Assembly: GCA_037310415.1 (NCBI GenBank)
Contig: CP147780.1
Coordinates: 773,066-793,065, forward strand
Length of the DNA stretch: 20,000 nt
DNA from: Candidatus Atabeyarchaeum deiterrae
GTDB lineage: Archaea; Asgardarchaeota; Atabeyarchaeia; Atabeyarchaeales; Atabeyarchaeaceae
Reading direction: 5' to 3'
The position numbers were made by a program, and so were the translations under genes. Positions within the stretch are counted from its first letter, which is position 1. The number at the start of each line of letters is the position of its first letter. Shown here one piece after another: positions 18,412-20,000 of the stretch. The notes below the pieces were generated by a model, which saw nothing but the letters and a program-made list of their open reading frames with translations, did not search any database and had not been told where the DNA came from.

Positions 18412-18567
18412 CCCGAAATGCTACTTAAACCATCAACAATAACCTTCGGTTCCTTCTGACTAACATATCAGTCTATTTGCCCCTAAAAAAGGTTGCGATC
18501 TGATTGTGATCTTGCTCAGTCAGCTTCGTACTGATAGTCTGCAGGAAGGGGGGCAGATGGAGTTTGA

Positions 18568-18695
18568 AGCCCCAGGTGGGATTCGAACCCACGACCACCG
18601 CCTATTCGTACCCAAGATGGGTTTACCAAGGCGGTGCTCCACCAGGCTTTGCCGGCAAACCCGTCTTTGACCGGTTTACCATGAGCTACTGGGGC
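18568..18695 (-). tRNA. tRNA-Thr(GGT) with two introns (D loop and anticodon loop)
   Basis: Acceptor GCCCCAG/CTGGGGC, U73, T arm GTGGG-TTCGAAT-CCCAC, anticodon stem CCGCC/GGCGG with TTGGTA...A; about 34-nt D-loop intron and about 20-nt intron at 37/38. CCA not encoded. Confidence 0.86.
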
Positions 18696-19217
18696 TCTTA
18701 CTTGAGGTTCACCTCATGAGTACTCTTTGAAGAAGGGTTTTGAAAATAAAAGACTTTCCTAACCTTTCAGCTTAGTTGAATCCTGATTGGGAAAAGTAAT
18801 TAAGAGGCCACACAACCTCACTGAAATACTAACTAGACCCAATAGAAGGTTCTTCCCATGGATTACAAGTGGACTGCGCCATCAAACGCAACCTTGGGAG
18901 TACTTATGTCGGCAACATTGTCTTGATTGCATTACCGACTATTGCGAGGGAACTCCCCGGAACATCGCGCGCGCCCCATGGATTGGCGACTTTATCAACT
19001 CGATTCATTCGGTATACTTGCTCTCAACGATCTTCCTCATTATTGCGATTATACCTTCCCTAATGCGAGGATCAATCAAAGCAAATGATGGCTCCCAGAC
19101 TTTCCCAGTTGCGAGGAGAACAATCTAGCAGCAACAATTTTCAAACTTTGAAACGTTGATTACCGCCACCCGATTGGAGGCGATTCGACGTCAAGAGGCT
19201 TGCGAGTTACAAATCGG

Positions 19218-19399
19218 TGCGGGGGGTGGGATTTTCATTCGAGGCGGTTTTCTCCTCGGATTTCGAACCCACGAACTCCTTTTCGGAGTGCACACGACGG
19301 TTCCTTCATGCGTGGTCTGAGCCCCTCATTCGAGAGTGGATCTTAAGTCCACCGCCTTTGGACCAATCTGTCTTTTTGTCCAGTCTTGGCGACCCCCGC
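19218..19399 (-). tRNA. tRNA-Leu(TAA) with about three introns (D loop, variable arm, T loop)
   Basis: Acceptor GCGGGGG (19399-19393)/CCCCCGC (19225-19219); anticodon arm GTGGA-CTTAAGA-TCCAC; variable-arm stem CTCC-GAAAA-GGAG; T arm GTGGG-TTCGAA...T-CCCAC. 182 nt against an expected ~85. Confidence 0.8.
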
Positions 19400-19557
19400 A
19401 ACGCATTTTCTGGAATCGATATCACGAGATTCTCTCTCTTTAAAGTTATGTTCATATTACTCGGTGGTTCAACTGTTTTGAAAGCTGGGAAAATGATTTA
19501 TCTGCTCGTTAGTAAAGCTTATTAAAGACTCTCCAAGTGAGAAAGGAATTAGAGCGT

Positions 19558-19688
19558 GCCGAGGTAGCTCAGCTTGGTTAGAGCGCCGGATCGCGTTAAA
19601 TAAACAAGACGAAACTCATAATCGGCTGAAATCTGGGGTCAGATGAGAAATCCGGAGATCGCGCGTTCAAATCTCGCCCTCGGCACCA
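19558..19688 (+). tRNA. elongator tRNA-Met(CAT) with two introns flanking the anticodon loop; CCA encoded
   Basis: Acceptor GCCGAGG/CCTCGGC, D arm GCTC-AGCTTGGTTA-GAGC, CCGGA (19586-19590), CTCATAA (19615-19621), TCCGG (19651-19655), T loop TTCAAAT, ACCA end. Removing 24 and 29 nt gives 78 nt. Confidence 0.78.
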
Positions 19689-19823
19689 AACACTGTTCTG
19701 ACGGAATGCCCCATTCATACTGTCTGCAATTAAGCGTAAGACTTATCGCTCTGCGTCATCTTAGATATTCTTGTCCATTGAGACGCTGAAAGGGAATCCT
19801 GAGGGTGAGGAGAGAAGAGAATA

Positions 19824-20000
19824 ATGCCGTTTTCTCTATCAATCGAGGAGGGCCGATTCCTTGTTAAACTGGCTAGGGAAGCTGTGGAGGCGTTCGCTAC
19901 TCGTAAGATTAGAATGTCTGTTCCACCTGAGACCGATCCCAATCTAATGAATAAGTGCGGTGTTTTTGTCACACTAGAAAAGGTTGTCACCTCGACTTCC
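19824..20000 (+). CDS. AMMECR1-domain protein, 5' portion (continues past window)
   Basis: Hand translation: MPFSLSIEEGRFLVKLAREAVEAFATRKIRMSVPPETDPNLMNKCGVFVTLEKVVTSTS, typical AMMECR1 start. Confidence 0.87.
   Translation, partial: MPFSLSIEEGRFLVKLAREAVEAFATRKIRMSVPPETDPNLMNKCGVFVTLEKVVTSTS

Noticed and set aside
17563-18442. Plus-strand ORFs 17563..17841, 17630..17821 and 18005..18442
   Set aside because: Opposite the longer minus-strand coiled-coil protein, low-complexity mirror frames.
18443-18560. Possible C/D box sRNA (several TGAT/CTGA strings)
   Set aside because: Spacing and box C consensus (RUGAUGA) do not fit; likely chance.
19217-19525. ORF 19217..19525 (+)
   Set aside because: Antisense to the intron-rich tRNA-Leu and no recognisable domain.
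1-20000. CRISPR array, cas genes, transposase, integrase or toxin-antitoxin module
   Set aside because: No regularly spaced direct repeats and no such protein motifs seen; protein-coding content is housekeeping.

Overview
Archaeal (probably TACK-type) chromosomal window. On the minus strand: pheT (partial), pheS, archaeal coaD, a small membrane/zinc-ribbon protein, a DUF1512-like protein and pyrB. On the plus strand: map, an HTH regulator, a mevalonate cluster (HMG-CoA synthase, thiolase, DUF35 Zn-ribbon/OB-fold protein, class II-like HMG-CoA reductase), an HTH + ATP-cone + NrdD-like protein that seems to lack the glycyl-radical site, pyrI, atpF, rpiA and the start of an AMMECR1-family gene. 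Five intron-containing tRNA genes can be read by hand: Trp-CCA (four introns), Pro-CGG (one), Thr-GGT (two), Leu-TAA (three), Met-CAT (two around a 7-nt exon). The standout is at 6483..6659 (minus): a 5S rRNA gene in circularly permuted order. The canonical 3' portion comes first and is joined to the canonical 5' portion by a UUCG tetraloop that caps a perfect 9-pair helix I. The new termini lie in the helix III/loop B region and are held together by an extra perfect 9-bp terminal helix. An archaeal TATA-like box sits just upstream. Reordering the halves gives a 119-nt canonical archaeal 5S with ...ACGGA|AGUUAAG... at the junction.
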